From contig NC_068990.1 of assembly GCF_001194135.2 (NCBI RefSeq), forward strand, positions 94,094,370 to 94,158,369: 64,000 bases of DNA, given 5' to 3'. Positions 1 to 10,627 of the stretch are shown piece by piece. Positions within the stretch are counted from its first letter, which is position 1. The number at the start of each line of letters is the position of its first letter. This DNA is from Octopus bimaculoides. Lineage: Eukaryota. Made by a program: the position numbers and the translations under genes. Under the pieces are notes generated by a model. That model saw nothing but the letters and a program-made list of their open reading frames with translations. It searched no databases and was not told where the DNA came from.

Positions 1-29
1 CAGAATACCAAAGGAAGCTTCGACCACAT
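1..29 (-). CDS. Candidate start of a minus-strand coding exon, MWSKLPLVF..., running off the window edge
   Basis: Minus-strand ATG at 29-27 (context CCCCGACATGT) about 100-200 bp downstream of the motif cluster; open to the window edge, but only 9 codons are visible. Confidence 0.35.
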
Positions 30-127
30 GTCGGGGTCGAGTTGGGACAGCCTGAAAGAACGTCCTGTCGCCACAGCTGCTGGATGGATAAGAGAGAGAA
101 TGTTATTGCTTTCTCTCCACTTGTTGC

Positions 128-245
128 ATTGTGCATGCGTGCTCGGGTACTTCCGCTGACGGCTAGTCCCTTGCACATGCGCAATGGCACTTCCTAAGAT
201 GGCGGCTACACGCGCCACTACAGATTCATTGGTAACATTGGTCTC
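128..245 (-). promoter_or_regulatory. Housekeeping-type, CpG-rich core/proximal promoter (probably for a minus-strand gene, possibly bidirectional)
   Basis: Dense motif cluster in a CpG-rich patch: YY1 AAGATGGCGGC 196-206; ETS/GABP-like ACTTCCGC 149-156 and ACTTCCT 189-195; NRF1-like TGCACATGCGCA 172-183 and GTGCATGCGTGC 131-142; CCAAT on the minus strand (ATTGG 228-232, 237-241). No TATA box seen. Confidence 0.7.
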
Positions 246-516
246 CAGTACACAACTTGTCTTTTATTTTAATAATCCTAGAGAGACAAAGGGTGAAGTT
301 GACTTTGGAATATAAAGAACAAGAAGAAATACTGGTTTCAAATTTTGGAACAAGGCCAGCAATTAAGGGAGGGTAGGGGCCAATTCAGAGGAAATGCTGC
401 TAAGCATTTTGCCTAAAGTGGTAACGATTCTGCCAGAAGAAACATTGCCAGCTGTTTTGTCCAAATCTGCCAATCCATCATCAATAAGTTTCTAAGTTCC
501 AAGTTCAAATAATTCT

Positions 517-714
517 TTCTACTAAAGGCACAAGGCCTAAGGGGACTAGTCGATTACATCAACCCCAGTGTTCTACTGGTACTTAATTTACAGACCCCGA
601 ATAAATGAAAGGCAAAGTCAGCCTCAGCAGAATTTGAACTCAGAATGTAGCAGCAAACAAAATACCACTAAGCATTTCACCCGGTGTGCTAGGGATTCTG
701 CCAGCTCACTGCCT
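517..714 (-). mobile_element. tRNA-headed SINE, family A (core GTCGATTACATCAACCCCAGT...ACTGGTACTT...ATGAAAGGCAAAGTC...GAATTTGAACTCAGA)
   Basis: The same core recurs more than 15 times in the window in both orientations. Confidence 0.8.
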
Positions 715-2977
715 TATTTCAAGTTCAAAGAATAACGATGATCTTTAGATATAATGAACATTGGATAAGGCTACTGACATATCATTTTACACCCACCTTC
801 CATGTGTCCAGAAGTTGGTCAGTCCAAGTTAGTCCTTATTGGATGCCACTACCTTCAGAGGTGGGTCGGTGGAACATATTTTGTTTGTATGTTTCATTCG
901 TGATTTGGTTTCTATGGCTGGATGCCCTTTCGATCACCAGCTTCTTTACAGAGATGTATTTTAGTATGGCACTAAAAGCAAAGACATTGTCATGTTCTCA
1001 GAACATTAATTCCAGTGACCTCTTCAGCCTGGGTTTTGCTATTTTCCCTTAAACAATGTGACCCCTATAAAATAGAAAAGGTCCAGCCGAAAATCATAAT
1101 CTTTTAACTGAAAATTCAACAGTGAAATATTGAAATGGAACTAATTCTTTATCACCAAGTCATCTTGTTTGCCACAGAACAAAGAATATGAATGACGGAA
1201 GCTAAAATGTTAAGTAATCTATCACTTTTCAGAAGAGACTGGAAGACATTTCCAAACACATTTGTTATTTCAGCACAGGAATAGAGTTAAATATCTCCAA
1301 ATTCCTTGAATAACTCCAGGACAGTGGTTAAGCATGTTAAAACTCTGAGTAAAAGCAATTGCTATGAAGCAAGCATACAAGTACACAATGTAATTCTAAG
1401 CTTGAAAAATTGTCTTAGTTAATTTCTTTTTATGTAATATATGAGGGTGTGTGTGTGTGTGCGTGTGCGTGTCCTTGTCTTGAAATTGAAAACAAGTGTC
1501 ACCTTCATACAAATGGTGTATCTTATTTTCAATCTTCCATGAAAACATCCAATCCTAAGGAAATTATTACCTTGCTTGAAAATAAGTTTAGGCAGATGGG
1601 AATATGAAAGGCATCCACCAAAAAGGAAAATAAGCCTCAACATATTCCATCTGACCCATGCAAGCATGGAAAGTGAACATTAAAGTAGTGGTGGTGATGA
1701 TGATGATGATGATGCTGTAATAATCTTTTGGCATTTTATATTAAATCCATTTTCCTACAAAGTAAAGTATGGCTTTGCTAACCTCAACAGTATTAGAATG
1801 CAAGAAACACAAGGTACTGAAATAAATTATTGTAAAATATCTCGTCTGTCTACCCCTCTTCTGTGCCAAATGTGCTGCTTGCTCTGTCCCTAATACCAAC
1901 AGTTTCTAGACCAGAAAACTCATAACTTTTCAAGGTTTTCTTTCCCTTTTTTTAAAAAAAAAAACATTCGGTAATAATGGTTGGATGTAATGAAAAACAA
2001 AAATATACACCATCAGAAAGAAAAAAAAAACCCAAAACTATTTACCAATCCAAATATAAATGCTAATACTGTGTACACAAAGAAAACGAAAAGGAAAAAA
2101 ATTTCTTTACATGCTTTTCCTTTATCATTGACAAAAGAGAGAAAAAGAGAAAATTCAACATAATAGGAAAGTCAATAGCTATTTTTAAATAATTCAGTTG
2201 AGTGGATCTATAAAAGAAAGTAGGAAAAATGTTGCTTTCTAATTTAAGAAATTCAGGAACAAAATGAGTTATTTAAAAGAACGACAGAAATAAGCACAAA
2301 CTTCTGTGAATTAGTGAATATAATATCCATAGTAAAGCATTTTCGTTACAATCGATATACAAGAATATTTACAGAAAACTACAAACATCATGGACAGCAA
2401 ATCTAAAATAATTTTCAGTTGTAAAATAAACTGTTTCATAAATAAAATGAAATTGTATATTTTCCTTCGACAACATTAATATTTTATTCTAAGAAATGCT
2501 ATGAAATACCAAATGAAATTCAAAAGTAGTATGTCAGTAGAAAATTGGAAATTACGATGTTTAAAAAACATTGAAGTAAATTGGAAATGTGTAAGTTATT
2601 GAAATATGATTGGAATTAGTGTTTACAGCGAAATCAATAGCAAGTATCTTTCAATGGTTCAACTATGATTAAAAACAGTTGAAATTAGTGTTTAAATAGA
2701 AAATAGAACTAGAAACAATAGGTAACAATAACTGGTCCATAATTTTCAAAGTAAATAGAAAAGAAACACAATAAAAAATCATAATAACTTCACAATGAGA
2801 AGCAAAAAAATTTCTCTCTAAAGAAAGCAGTGAATAAACTGAGCCGTTACAACATTGCACAGAATACTCAGCAGTACTCTGACACACTGTACTCTGAGTT
2901 CAAACCTCACTGAAGTTAACTTAATTATTCCACCTTTTGGGGAAATCAATTAAAAAAAAAGTGCCAATCCAATGGTG

Positions 2978-3110
2978 GTAGAATAGCAGACCAGATGGCT
3001 TGCAGTATTTGTTCCAACTCTTTGCATTCTAAGTTCAAATCCAGCCATGAACTATTTGGGTGGTAGACTTAACCCATTGCTCACTTGAATACCATCACCT
3101 GGTGCCATGA
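2978..3110 (+). repeat. SINE-related repeat; its first 85 bp are duplicated at 4861-4945
   Basis: 2978-3062 matches 4861-4945 at 84/85 nt; a more diverged relative lies at about 14545-14690. Confidence 0.75.
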
Positions 3111-3315
3111 GTGTCTGTAGAATAATCCAGTCTGTTGCAAGTATTTGGATCAAGGTTTCCAGCTTAAGGAAGTCTCTGCCATTCCTACCACTAGTCCCAG
3201 AAACTCTGCAAGAAATCATGGGCACTTCCTTCCCTCTTGACCAAAAGATAAAAAAAGTAATGTTATCCTAGCAATTGGCCTCACTTCTTTCCATCATTTT
3301 TACAAATCATTATTG

Positions 3316-3404
3316 TTATGTAACATTCTTGTCTTTCTTTGAAGGGCCAAGCATGACCATGTGAGGGTGCGTGATGACTGAGCGCGAGCATGGCTGCTGC
3401 ATAC
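3316..3404 (-). CDS. Candidate terminal coding exon ((S)MQQPCSRSVITHPHMVMLGPSKKDKNVT*)
   Basis: Follows a 124-nt GT-AG intron (3528-3405) with a pyrimidine-rich 3' end (ctcactgctcctcccaccccacccccgtgaacttctcAG); locally GC- and CpG-richer; frame-consistent with the 3529-3616 exon. No protein family recognised. Confidence 0.35.
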
Positions 3405-3528
3405 CTGAGAAGTTCACGGGGGTGGGGTGGGAGGAGCAGTGAGAGCAACACATAGAATATTCAACCATAAAATCTTCCCACAAATATGTCCCCATCGAAA
3501 AGACAAATGAATGAACAAACCAACTTAC

Positions 3529-3616
3529 TCTCTGTAGACCATCTCCCAAATGTTTGTAGATGATATTTTACTGTTTGCTGACTTGCTGTTCCCTTCTGGT
3601 TATTTCCAGTTGGAAT
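3529..3616 (-). CDS. Candidate internal coding exon (IPTGNNQKGTASQQTVKYHLQTFGRWSTE)
   Basis: Acceptor ttcttgaaattAG, donor AGA|GTAAGT; only one frame is open over 88 nt; joins in frame to 3404-3316. Confidence 0.35.
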
Positions 3617-4324
3617 CTAATTTCAAGAATCAATATTGTACATGGAAAACACATTCACACTGTAATTACGGAACAATTGCTCTTATGCATGTGTGAGTGA
3701 GAGAGAGAGAGAGGATAGAGTTAGATTAAGACATCCTTCACTGTAGAATAAAGAAACTTCAGTATTTACTCTTTGCCCATTTTTAAACTTTACATTGTAA
3801 AGAAAGATAAGAGCCCCTAATAGTGAAGTATTTAAAGACCATAATGCTGTCATGTATTTTTAGTTTCATTCTAGAATACAAAGCTTAACTCTCTGTAAGG
3901 CTTCAGGAAGTATCAAAGGCAAAAAGAAATTTTTATCTCAAAAAGAGTAACTTGAACAACACAAACTACATCTGACAGCCTTTCTTTAGCCACACCAACT
4001 TGTTAAAGTACATCATTACATATCAAATTGCTTTGTCACTAGGACAGTAAACCCAACACCAAGGGGAGAGGTTATGGCAAAAAAACGTTCATCAAACAAA
4101 AGCTGTTTAAGGCATGTCTACACTTGTAAAACATCAATCTAAGCTGAATAAGGGACAAAAATGTTTGCTAGTTTACTTAAAGAGTAAAATCCACTTTGGT
4201 CAATCTAGTTTTCCTGTTTTTATTCAATCTGATAAAGCACTAATGACACGTTGATCTAAAAGGTTCTACACTAAGTATTCAATAGGTTAGTCCTGTGTCT
4301 GTAGGTCTAGCTATTTCAATTACT

Positions 4325-5240
4325 GATGACACAGATGCCAACTAGAGGAATGTCACAGTGTTGAAATATGCAGATGACATCAAGCTGTACCTTGAAATAA
4401 AAAGAGCAGATCCTATGCGCAATAGATTTTTCCTGCAATCAGACCTGCACACAATGCATTTCTGACTGGCAACTCAAGCTAGCTGTGGACAAATGCATCA
4501 CTATGCACTTTGGGAGGAAAAACCCAGCCTTTACATACTCCCTCAGCAGCACCAAATCTCAAGAAGTTTTCTAGCAAGTGTGATCTGTAAACAGTGACCT
4601 GCGTTGGACAAACCACATCTCTAAGATTGTCAAGAAGGCTAAGGGTGTACCAGCGTCACTCAGGAAAACCTTTGTCAGCCGCTCTCCAGCTATTTATTTA
4701 AAACTGTATATGGCAATGTAATGGTACGTCCACACTTAGAATTTGCATCAACAGTCTGGAACCCCTATCTTGCTCAGCATATAGAATTCCGGAAAACTGT
4801 TCAGGAATGTGCAACAAAACAAATACCCACCGTCAGACATCTACCCTGATTGGTGTAAGTGTAGAATAGCAGACCAGATGGCTTGCAGTATTTGTTCCAA
4901 CTCTTTGCATTCTAAGTTCAAATCTAGCCATGAACTATTTGGGTGTCCATGCCCAGGGAAGCAAGACGTTCAGACGTCTGGCAACTGACTTGGTAGACAC
5001 CCACAGGGTTATCCACCATCTTTCCAACAACAACCTTGGACACCTTTTTTGAATTCCATATGTGAAACACTTGTGGACATGCTCACAAAATCAAAAAACA
5101 TTTGTTCACACTCAGACTTGTTGAAGCATGGAATAAACTGTCTGTATAAGTCATTGGCTGTCAAGACACTCCATGCTTCAAAACTTCCATGCTTCCTGAA
5201 ATCTGCCAACAGCACACCTGGTGGCATTTTTTGTATACAG
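4325..5240 (+). mobile_element. 5'-truncated, degenerate CR1-clade LINE (RT C-terminal half), interrupted at about 4846-4974
   Basis: KYADDIKLY (YADD at 4367-4378), WQLKLAVDKCITMHFGRKNP, DLRWTNHISKIVKKA, VRPHLEFASTVWNPYL, RRLATDLVDTH, RLVEAWNKL; multiple frameshifts and stops. Confidence 0.9.
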
Positions 5241-6666
5241 TGTTCAGGTGCACTACAACTGTTCTTTTATAGGAGTGTTTATGAGATCCAGCGCTATAAT
5301 TTTTACCTTTTGATTAAAAATTTTCTCTGCTACAACCTTTCTATAATTAATTCAGTGGAGCAGAAAGGTTATTTCAGCTGATATGAACTACTTGCAAATA
5401 AAAGTAGCCCAATTAGTACAATACCATTTCAACATTCCTTTTAAATACAATGATGTAGACTAACACCAGATGAACTCTAAGCATTGCAATTGATGCTGTG
5501 CATCATTAAGGTAGGAACAAAATGAGAATCAAATCATATTGTGACAACCACTGATTAAACTTTTATTTTATTGAATTATTTTAAATGTAGTTATGAAAAG
5601 TCGGTGTCCATTTGGAAAAATCATCTGGGAGTATATATTAGAATTACGCATAAAAAATAATATAATATCACAAGAAAAAGAATAAGTATGTAAAAAATTA
5701 CAAAGAAGAATGTGTTGCAAGGGGCCTGTGATTCTACAGCTTTCCAGCTATTTCCATGTTAATTTTGGCCGCTGTATATCTGAATCTTTATCATGTCCCA
5801 TCTCTTACCTCTCTCTCTTTGCCAATATTATTTAATAAACAAGCATCAAATCATCATAAAATACACAACCACAAAAATATAGATTTTAAGATGTGTGTGT
5901 GTACGCACGCACATATATGCATTATATGCACGCACACACACATATATAAATGTGCATTTCATTGCAATAATCAATAACACAATCTCACTTGATTACTATT
6001 AATTAGACTTCTTTGATAATTACAGTACAGCACTAGCTGATAAACTGAAAATCAATCAATTAATTAGCGTATTTCTTCTTTTGTTTATCCCACCAGTTTG
6101 TTTCTATTTACATCAGCTTTTATATCAGTGTTTCATCTTCTGTGGTGCCCTGATGTTACTTGCATTTGAACTCTGCAGTTGAAATTGTAGCTCCCCTTTA
6201 CACTGTTTCTTTCCTTTTTTTAATGAACAACAATGTTATCTCAACAAACAACAGGCATGAGATATTTTTATTGTTAAACAACATCTGCTTTCACCATCGT
6301 TAAAAAAAAAAAAACCGAAAAGAATTGTATAAGGCATACATGTTCATGCATATTGATGCCAAGAACTTGCTACAATATCAGCTTCATGTGGATCCGAAAT
6401 AATATAAAACCTGCCCCTATGGAGGTTTATTGATAAGAATTTTTCAGAGGGAAAGTTCATAAATCTTTATTCAGAATCCACAACTGGACTTGATAATCAT
6501 TTCACAATGATTTATAAATCTGTTCAAACAGAGCAAAATGCAAAATTTGTAAATTCTCCCAGCATGTCAAATTCATTGACAACCACCAGTGCGAAGTTGT
6601 ACCATGTTAAGAAACGTTTATGAATGCCATCCCAGCTTGAGCAGATGCATACTGGCTAATAATGCT

Positions 6667-6875
6667 TTCTAGTTTTGACACAAAGCCACCACCACCACCA
6701 CCAATTTTGAGGGGAGGAGGTAAGCTGATGACATTGACCCAGGTTCTTAACTGGTTCTTTACTTTAAAGTCAAACTTGATCTCAGAGAGGATTTGAACTC
6801 AGGATGTATAGTGATGGAATAAATGCTGCAAAGCAATGTTTCCAACACTAACAATTATTCTACCAGCTTGCTGCT
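6667..6875 (-). mobile_element. SINE family A copy
   Basis: Core AAAGTCAAACTTGATCTCAGAGAGGATTTGAACTCAGGA and head-side CTACCAGCTTGCTGC resemble the 517-714 copy. Confidence 0.7.
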
Positions 6876-7718
6876 TTGGAGTCGTTAATAACAAATGAAG
6901 ATTAAATGGATAGAAGCGTTTTTTTTTTTCTTTCTTTTATTATAAAACAACAAAATAGATGGAGCTTAACAGACCAGAAAAATTTATCATGGATAAAAAT
7001 ATTAATTTAAAAAATGTAGATCTATAACACAGAACAATTTCCATATTTTAATTTTTGATTAATACTCAAATGGTTTTCATTAGATTTACTGATGTTGCAA
7101 ATTCTAAAGGGCTGACTGCTTCATGCCGATTTCTCAATAAAATGGTCTGTTAGTATCTCTGCTTTTTTTAGAACAGTATTGCAAGAGTTTGCTGTTGGTG
7201 TTCAGTAATCTGCAATTATTATTAAAACACTAAGACATGCCTTCAAAATAAGCATGTCTGGCTCACTAGATTTAGCAGAGCCATTTTTTTGTACAAATAA
7301 CTTTCTAAATATGCTCTCATTATGAGTCAATATTGTTTTGACTTGCAGTTATTGATTCATGCAAAGTAATATAGAATGCAGACTATTCTCATTCTGCAAT
7401 ACGAAGAATGTTGACATAGCATTGATCACAAAGACAAACAAACCTCTAAGACTGTCAAGTTAAAAAAATTTTGTAATTTATTCTCTATTTCCAAAACTTG
7501 CTCTTATAATGACTATTTTTTTCCAAAACTATCACAGACTATTTCTAACTAGCATAATAATTGTCTACTGTCTTTTACTTTTCATTTCACACCAAATTCT
7601 TGCATTTTATTATTAATTATTAAAAAAAAGAATTATTTGTAGGATTTTAAAAAATTTTTATTCAAAATCTAATTTTAACTCTATTGTAAATAAGAATTAT
7701 TGCAAAGGAAGAAATAAC

Positions 7719-8553
7719 GGATCTATTTTAAAACGGGGGCCACAGTTTTCATTAATGTTTTACGTAGTGTTTTTGGTACCGAAAGACTTCCAAACTTCGT
7801 ATATTTATCTATTTTGTGTTATAGAACAGAAAAATATTTTTGTATTCGAATTTATTTCATGTAAAAAATTGTCTTATTTCGATAATTTCAACCAATCACT
7901 GACAAGTATTCAGTTGTTTACATTTACTCCTTTGGCTGATTAAGCAGTGTAAAGCGTATTTAATCTCCATAGCTTCGTTTTATTTGCTTTTTTCATTTTA
8001 AATTTGCTTTCTTCATTTTCTTTTTTTTTTTTCCTTCGTTTTATTTGCTTTTTTCTTTNNNNNNNNNNNNNNNNNNNNNNNNNNNNNNNNNNNNNNNNNN
8101 NNNNNNNNNNNNNNNNNNNNNNNNNNNNNNNNNNNNNNNNNNNNNNNNNNNNNNNNNNNNNNNNNNNNNNNNNNNNNNNNNNNNNNNNNNNNNNNNNNNN
8201 NNNNNNNNNNNNNNNNNNNNNNNNNNNNNATAATAGAAAGGTTTATTAGCTACTGCCAATATGCTTCAGCCATTTTTTGACAAGGAAATAATAATTTTAT
8301 CACCGATAGAATTGTTTCAGAATCGTTTGTTTATGTAGTCGGCACTTAATGTATATCGGCTGAATGGACGTCAGTGATTGGTTGAAATTACAGAAATATG
8401 ACAACTTTAACATGGAATAACTTAGGGATTTCTTTTTTTTTTTTAAGAAGACTAAGAGAAAAAGATGTTTTATATGACACATTCTACCAGTGTTCCAAGT
8501 TTCAAAGTGTTTCGTTAAGAAAATACTGTGGCCCCCCGTTTTAAAATAGATCC
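7719..8553. mobile_element. Non-autonomous DNA transposon (MITE) with GG-initiated TIRs, long imperfect arms and an 8-bp TSD (Merlin- or Mutator-like; superfamily uncertain)
   Basis: TIR GGATCTATTTTAAAACGGGGG(G)CCACAGT at 7719-7746 and inverted at 8525-8553; perfect direct repeat GAAATAAC at 7711-7718 and 8554-8561; a second perfect 21-bp inverted match at 7883-7903 / 8370-8390. Interior contains an N-gap (8059-8229). Confidence 0.85.
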
Positions 8554-8888
8554 GAAATAACATATTTAATTTTAAGAGTGTGTGTGTGTGTGCATGCATG
8601 CACCCATACATGTGCTCTTTTCAAAGTTGTGGGCCATAATTTTGCATCTTGGTACCTGAAATTTTGCAAATTACCAAGTAATTAAGTGATAGGCTACACT
8701 GCTTAATGAGAAATTGATTTTTAGGTTCAAACAGAAAATGTGACAATACTTGGTACATTTTATAGTAACATCAACACAAGAATGGGTGTCTGCTATTAGA
8801 CAACCCCCCCCCCCCATCTTACTCTCTCTCTCAGTCTTTATTTTAAGCTACTGTCCTCTTCGACAAGAAGTTTGCAATGTGAATTATA

Positions 8889-9000
8889 GGCGCAGGTGTT
8901 ATGGCTGTGTGGTAAGTAGCTTGCTTACCAACCACATGGTTCTGGGTTCATTCCCACTGCGTGGCACCTTGGGCAAGTGTCTTCAACTATAGCCTCGGGC
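8889..9000 (+). mobile_element. tRNA-derived SINE, family B, 5' head
   Basis: GGCGCAGG...TGGCTGTGTGGTAAG (A-box-like)...GGTTCTGGGTTCATTCCC (B-box-like)...GGCACCTTGGGCAAGTGTCTT; related copies at about 20943-21325, 32218-32580 and 51258-51410 (+), and about 19200-19460, 25060-25320 and 26645-26885 (-). Confidence 0.8.
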
Positions 9001-9029
9001 TAATTTAGTCAGACACTTAATTAGAATAA

Positions 9030-9400
9030 GAAAACACAACATAGAATATTGGAGAAAGCTATAACCAAGTGACGAACACAAAATTACAAGAGTCAGGCTA
9101 ATAATATTATAAACCAAAACTGTCGTAAATAAAACAATAGGTTTAAATAGACAAGCAAACCTGGTTATAAACTATGGCAGCAGTATAATAAATTTGAAGT
9201 TAAATGAATTGAGGAGCTTAGAGAGAAAAATGAGAAAACTAGTCTGCCTTAGTTCATCAAGTCTAAAAGGTTATAGACATAATTTAACTATCAATGAGGC
9301 AGAAAGGAAACAGTTGGATATAAATAGATAAATTATCCTAAAGCAAGCACTGTAAGGTTAGAAAAATACTCAAAAGTGAATAAAAGTTGGCTAAATGTAA
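9030..9400 (+). mobile_element. Degenerate R4/Dong-like LINE fragment (RT thumb region)
   Basis: Frameshifted translation RVRLIIL*TK...VINYGSSIINLKLNELRSLERKMRKL resembles the RT C-terminal region of RLE-bearing R4/Dong elements. Confidence 0.6.
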
Positions 9401-10034
9401 TAAGAGAACATAAAAGAATAAAACATCATCATCATTTTAATGTCTATGTTCCATGTTGGAATACACACACACACACACAGAAAATAATAATAAAGTACAA
9501 ATCAGAAGCTAAGTGCACTGAGGAAAGAGATAATAAAAACAAAGAGAAAAGGTAAAGAAAAAGAGAAAAAGCAAACAGGAAATCCAAAGCATACTAATAG
9601 AAATAGAGTGTGGGGGGAGATACTATCTATAGTTAGTATCTAACAATGCTGGAGGGAGAAATGAGCCAATATGAATAGAAAGAGAAACAATGGTGAAAGA
9701 GCTCTAGATTAAAAGACAAAAAACAGGAGATGTACAGAGGATCAATTCGTAATAAGAGGGGAGGAGTAGCAAAATGCAGTAATTAAACAGAAGCTTAATG
9801 TCAACCAGCCATAGACCATGTAGTCAATATGTAGCAATAATGGAATCTCTGGTTATTCAGTTCTGGCAAAAGTAAAAACCATGCACAACAATGACAAAAT
9901 AGGGAACTAAACTGAGATGTGCAACAAAACACAAGAAGAGGAAATGAGTGAAATGCATAGGAAAGGGCAATTGAGGGTTATTATGTCAGTGTGGGAAATG
10001 CTTCGCCTGACAAAGGCCCTAAACAATCATGAAA

Positions 10035-10405
10035 ATGGCTGGCTCAGTGGTTAAGGTATTTGGCACATGACCAAAAGGTCATGAGGTCAATTCCCAGTGG
10101 TAAGTTGTGTCCTTGAGCAAGACACTTTATTTCCTATGGCTCCAGTCCACTCAGCTGGCAAAAATTAGGTGTACCTGTCTTTCAAAGGGTTAGCTACATT
10201 ACATTCTCTGTCATGCTGAATCTCCCAGAGAACTACATTAAGGGTACGTGTGTCTGTGGAGGGAAGTTGTGGAAGACATGGGACAAAGTAATGAAGACTG
10301 ATTTCAAAACGCTGAGCCTTACGAAGGAGACAACAGAGGACCAAGATATGTGGTGCATTGCTGTACTCAAGATAACCTGCCCATCACCACAGAATGGAGA
10401 TCATA
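10035..10405 (+). mobile_element. tRNA-headed SINE with family C body, followed by an RTE-LINE 3' coding end
   Basis: Head TGGCTCAGTGGTTAAGG; body GAGAACTACATTAAGGGTACGTGTGTCTGTGGAG shared with 17529-17893; then KTWDKVMKTDFKTLSLTKETTEDQDMWCIAVLK, typical of RTE ORF C-termini. Confidence 0.6.
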
Positions 10406-10419
10406 AAAACCAAGTTGCC

Positions 10420-10627
10420 ACATAAAAAGCATTGGTGTGGGTGCCACAGAACAAGCACCCAGCACAATCTGTAAAGTGGTTGGTGTTAGGAAGGGCATCC
10501 AGCAGAACAAACCAAGCCAAAACACAAAAATGGAACCTGGTGGAGCCCCTGGTCTTGCCAGTTCCTGTCAAGCCATCTAACCCATTCCAGTATGGAAGAC
10601 AGACATTTAATGTTGATGATGATTATT
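10420..10627 (+). mobile_element. Retroposon family D (tail CCAACCCATGC...GCATGGAAAACGGACGTTAAACGATGATG)
   Basis: GGTGCCAC...AAGCACCCAGCACA...GTAAAGTGGTTGGTGTTAGGAAGGGCATCCAGC...; related copies at about 31410-31620, 46430-46530, 61480-61640 (+) and 13790-13900, 19760-19925, 26470-26600, 57445-57570 (-). Confidence 0.8.
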
